Origin: an uncultured Chthonomonadaceae bacterium
GTDB taxonomy: Bacteria > Armatimonadota > Chthonomonadetes > Chthonomonadales > Chthonomonadaceae
DNA length: 64,000 bases
Direction: 5' to 3'
Assembly: GCA_963835065.1 (NCBI GenBank)
Contig: CAWIEK010000053.1
Span: forward strand, 1 to 64,000
The position numbers and the translations under genes were made by a program. Position 1 is the stretch's first letter, and each line of letters begins with the position of its first letter. The notes under the pieces were generated by a model, which searched no databases, was not told the origin of the DNA, and saw only the letters and a program-made list of their open reading frames with translations. Shown piece after piece: positions 60,218 to 64,000 of the stretch.

Positions 60218-61120
60218 TCACTGACATTGGCGCAGGGAACGGTTCAGTTTGGATGCCAGAAAGCGCGTCGCCACTCCCACTTGTTCGGCATCAACGCCCG
60301 TTTCAATGCCCATGCCGCGCAGCAATCCAAGCAAATCTTCGGTTGCCAGATTGCCCGCCGCGCCGGGAGCAAACGGACAGCCGCCCACGCCGCCCGCCGC
60401 CGAGTCAAAATTGGCAACGCCATATTGCAATGCGGTTTGTACGTTTTCCAGCGCCATTCCGCGCGTGTCGTGGAAATGGTAGGCGGTTTGCGGCAGGGGC
60501 AGGACAGGGCGCAATGCTTCGGTCAAATCCGCCACTTGATCGGGGGTGGCGTGGCCGATGGTATCGCCAAGCGAAATCTCCGCAACGCCCATTGCCAGCA
60601 GTTCCGCAACAATGGGCGATACCTGCGCAGGCTGAATAACGCCCTCAAACGGACAAACGAACGCGGTGGAAACATACGCGCGCACCCACAAACCCTTTGC
60701 CTGCGCAAGGGGCATTAGAGCGCGAAAGTTGTCAAGCGATCCGGCAATCGTCGTGCCGATGTTGCGTTGCGTAAACGTTTCACTGGCCGCCGTAAACAGC
60801 GCAATCGCCTTCACGCCGGCATCGAGCGCGCGTTCCAATCCTTTCGCATTAGGAACAAGGGCCGAATAGCGCACATCGGCGCGGGGCGCAAGCCCGGCAA
60901 AAACTTCACTCGCATCCGCAAGCTGCGGCACGCGCGCCGGATTGACAAACGACGAAACTTCAATATCCGCAAACCCCGCTTCCGCAAGCATTTCAATAAA
61001 CTGAACTTTATCCTCTGTAGAAAGAATGACTGCCTCGTTTTGCAGCCCATCGCGCGGTCCAACCTCGACCACGCGCGCTTTTGTGGGAAGCGCCGCCCCA
61101 AATACCGACAACTCACCCAT
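60218..61120 (-). CDS. Hydroxymethylglutaryl-CoA lyase
   Basis: EVGPRDGLQNE, SFVNP, SLGDTIG, HFHDTRG, GGCPFAPGAAGNLATED. Confidence 0.95.
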   Translation of the reverse strand: MGELSVFGAALPTKARVVEVGPRDGLQNEAVILSTEDKVQFIEMLAEAGFADIEVSSFVNPARVPQLADASEVFAGLAPRADVRYSALVPNAKGLERALDAGVKAIALFTAASETFTQRNIGTTIAGSLDNFRALMPLAQAKGLWVRAYVSTAFVCPFEGVIQPAQVSPIVAELLAMGVAEISLGDTIGHATPDQVADLTEALRPVLPLPQTAYHFHDTRGMALENVQTALQYGVANFDSAAGGVGGCPFAPGAAGNLATEDLLGLLRGMGIETGVDAEQVGVATRFLASKLNRSLRQCQ

Positions 61121-61304
61121 TTCGGCCTCTTTCTTATAGAGCAGTCCCTCACACCTTGTATAATTGCGTCTTGTCCGGTATATACCATCTAAATTCTTTA
61201 CCGGATACGCAGGACTGCGGCCAATTGTCCTGCGGACACCACATTGTGCCATGTTTAAGCGGTTTGTCTATTACATCCTGCGCCAACCTCTATATTCTTT
61301 TGCA

Positions 61305-61415
61305 TCTTTTCGTTTCTTTCGTTTCTTTCGCGGTTCCTAATCTCTTCTTTTCTCCTTTTCTTCTTTTCTTTTTTTCTCTGTGCCCCCTCTGTGTCTCTGT
61401 GCCTCTGTGGTGGAA
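61305..61415. repeat. Half copy (D) of the nested palindromic element
   Basis: TTTCGTTTCTTTCGTTTCTTTCGCGGTTCC ... CTCTGTGTCTCTGTGCCTCTGTGGT; no matching left arms seen. Confidence 0.8.
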
Positions 61416-61416
61416 G

Positions 61417-61980
61417 TTACTCCTGCGCCGTAACTTCCACTACCAAAGCGCCGCGCCCGATCTGCTGCTTTTTCTCTACTGTTAATGACGTAACGGTTCC
61501 CGCAAACGGCGCTTCCAGCGTCGTCATAACTTTCATGGCTTCCAAAATTACGAGCGGCTGCCGCGCTTCCACCTGCTGCCCGACTGTCACCAGCACATCG
61601 GCGACAATGCCGGACATGGGCGCGGTTAAAACGCCCGATGCCGCCGTGTCTTTCCGTCCCGAAGCGCGCGTTGCAGGGACACTGAACGTATAAGCGTTGC
61701 CGTCATAAAAGAACGCGGCATCACTTCCCGAACGCGCAAAGGGGACGCGAAAAACCCGCGACGGCCTTATTCCCAATGATTCCGGTGCAGCCAAAGCGGA
61801 CGGCAAGACATTGGCCTCTTGCGAACCATCCACAGCCGTCACCTGTAAAACATCGTTGGCGTGGCGGATAGCCGTAATGCGGTGTTCAGAGCCGTCCGGC
61901 AGGCGAACGCGCCAGCCGTCGCCGTCCGGCTCTACATCCAGCGTAACCCGTTCATCTCCAAATTGCCGTTCTATCTGCAT
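61417..61980 (-). CDS. Biotin carboxyl carrier subunit
   Basis: LTAPMSG, ILEAMKV (biotin Lys), EAPFAG. Confidence 0.92.
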   Translation of the reverse strand: MQIERQFGDERVTLDVEPDGDGWRVRLPDGSEHRITAIRHANDVLQVTAVDGSQEANVLPSALAAPESLGIRPSRVFRVPFARSGSDAAFFYDGNAYTFSVPATRASGRKDTAASGVLTAPMSGIVADVLVTVGQQVEARQPLVILEAMKVMTTLEAPFAGTVTSLTVEKKQQIGRGALVVEVTAQE

Positions 61981-62126
61981 ATCAATTCCGCCGTGACCTT
62001 CCGCGTCAGGATGTCAGGAACACTCAACGAGTAAACTGTTCCCATGAGCCGAGTCGTGAACGACCCGTCTAAAGGGTGTTCCGCCAGCCAATCTGCGACC
62101 GGAAACCTTATGTTGTTGGGCTTCCC

Positions 62127-63675
62127 TTACACGTTGCGCCAGGAACCCAATTGCTGCCAGGGATTGGTGACTGGTGGCTGGTGATTGGTGGTTGGCATTT
62201 GACGTGTTGAGGACGTTGCCGTTGCTGTGACGGCTTCCGCCACCAGTGCCAACAGTACCTCCGGCGGTATCTCCGTTGCGGGTTTCCAATCGGAAAAATG
62301 GTCGCGCAAAAATTGCGTGGACAAATCGCCAGCTTGAAAGGCGGGGTGACGCCCAATCGCCAGCAGATACGCGATATTGGTTTGGATGCCCAGTACGGCG
62401 AATTGCCTCAGCGCCTGCTCCAAGCGGGCAAGGCTTTCCTGCCGCGTCGCGCCCGTTGCAATCAGTTTCGCCAGCATCGGGTCATAATAAGGCGAAACTT
62501 CGCCGCCACGCTCCACGCCCGCGTCCACGCGAATTCCCGGCCCGCCCGGTTCCTGCCACTGCGTCAGAACGCCAACGGAAGGCATAAAGCCCGTTGCCGG
62601 GTCTTCGGCATAAATACGCGCTTCAATCGCATGGCCGGACGCGCGTATATCTTCCTGCGCAAAGGGGAGGGGCTTGCCGTCCGCAATGTCCAATTGCAGG
62701 CGTACCAGGTCCAGGCCGGTAATCGCTTCCGTAACGGGATGCTCCACTTGCAGGCGCGTATTCACTTCCAGAAAGTAAAAGGCGGCTTGATCGGCTTCGC
62801 TTTGATTATGCGCTTGATTGTCTGCGCTGTGCGGGGTCGGTTCCAGCAGAAACTCCACCGTACCCGCGTTCACATAACCTGCCGCCCGTCCCGCCGTCAC
62901 CGCCGCGTTTGTGATTCGCGCCCGGAGTTCCGGCGTCAGGATTGGAGACGGACTCTCTTCCATGATTTTCTGGTGGCGGCGCTGAATGGAACACTCGCGT
63001 TCATACAGATGGACGACATTGCCCTGCATGTCGCCAAATATCTGTACTTCAATATGACGTGGACGGGCTAGATAGCGCTCCAATAGCAGCCTGTCATCGC
63101 CAAACGCGGCCTGCGCTTCCCGCCGCGCTTCCACAATGGCATCCGCCAGTTGATCGCTTTGCGTAACCACGCGCATACCCCGCCCGCCGCCGCCCGCCGC
63201 CGCTTTTACCAACAGCGGCAAGGGAATCAGCGCGGCTTCGGCCAACAAACGCGCGTCGCTTTGATCGTCGCCATTATAGCCCGGCACAACGGGTACGCCC
63301 GCCTGCTGCATCAAGCGCTTGGCCGCAATCTTATCCCCAAGCCGCCGTATCACGCCCGACGGTGGCCCGACAAAGATTAACCCGGCTTCCTCACAGGCGG
63401 CGGCAAAATCCGCGTTTTCCGACAAAAACCCGTAACCCGGATGAACCGCGTCCGCCCCACCCGCCTTTGCCGCAGCCAGCAAATTGGCGATGTTCAGGTA
63501 GCTGTCTTTGGCCGGGGCCGCGACCAATGCAGTACGCTTCCTCCGCCAAACCCATATACAGCGCGTCCCGGTCCGCTTCCGAATACACGGCCAGCGGCGT
63601 AATGCCCGCTTCCCAGCAGGCGCGTATGATGCGAACGGCGATTTCGCCGCGATTTGCAATGAGGAGACGGTTCAT
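62127..63675 (-). CDS. Biotin carboxylase subunit (methylcrotonyl-CoA carboxylase alpha-like); indel at ~63523
   Basis: [62 protein letters not shown]. Confidence 0.93.
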
Positions 63676-63711
63676 AGGGTTTTAGGGTTTTAGGGTTTTA
63701 GGGTTTTAGGT
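63676..63711. repeat. AGGGTTTT x4 octamer array abutting the biotin carboxylase start codon
   Basis: AGGGTTTTAGGGTTTTAGGGTTTTAGGGTTTTAGG. Confidence 0.9.
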
Positions 63712-63763
63712 GAGAAGAACAAGCGCCTGCCTGATTCCCCTAACACCATAGAACCTTAAAAAC

Positions 63764-64000
63764 CTACTGCGTCCATTGCGGCTTGCGTTTTTCCAGAAAC
63801 GCGCGGATGCCTTCCTCTGCCTTCGGGACTGACGCGCAGGGCGGCAATGCAGTCAATGGTGATTTCGGCGGCTTCGTCAGGGGTTTTGTCGGCTATAACC
63901 GTCAGCAGGCGCTTGGCAGCGGCAATCGCTTGCGGGCCGGCCTGCAAAATCAGTTCTAGTTTCTTTTAAATCGCCGCGTCCAGTTCGTCGGCAGACTTGA
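63764..64000 (-). CDS. Enoyl-CoA hydratase family (methylglutaconyl-CoA hydratase-like), C-terminal part only, with indels
   Basis: GPQAIAAAKRLL...IAALRVSPEG, then GIRAFLEKRKPQW in a shifted frame; liu-type context. Confidence 0.75.

Noticed and set aside
63676..63711. (TTTTAGGG)n as a telomeric repeat or eukaryotic contamination
   Set aside because: Only four units inside a bacterial operon; fits the local octamer-array family.

Overview
Bacterial chromosomal segment, probably Armatimonadota (inferred from the [17 protein letters not shown] prepilin/DUF1559 gene, several Uma2 genes and the gene mix; not verified). Housekeeping blocks are transaldolase, ileS-dksA-like-lspA-lgt, mreBCD, thiolase, lnt and a leucine-degradation (liu-type) cluster. 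Conflict and accessory modules are interleaved: an RHS locus with a TNT-like tip plus an orphan RHS cassette, three Uma2 genes, an uncharacterised two-gene insert, VapBC and retropepsin modules sharing a duplicated 5' end, a cyclase-STAND-TPR protein, a Septu-like ATPase+HNH pair, and a type III-like R-M system whose methylase is broken by an IS5-family element. The most striking non-gene signal is a window-wide system of 7/8/9-nt tandem repeats. They occur as inverted pairs at gene junctions, as nested palindromic elements with swappable arms, and as translated inserts inside genes (ileS, Res, and a prepilin leader made of 17 consecutive heptamers). Also seen: a candidate Ile leader-peptide attenuator before ileS and a four-fold 11-bp-periodic Pho-box-like array. 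Many single-base frameshifts, including in essential ileS, most likely reflect sequence consensus errors. No tRNA, rRNA or CRISPR array was found.
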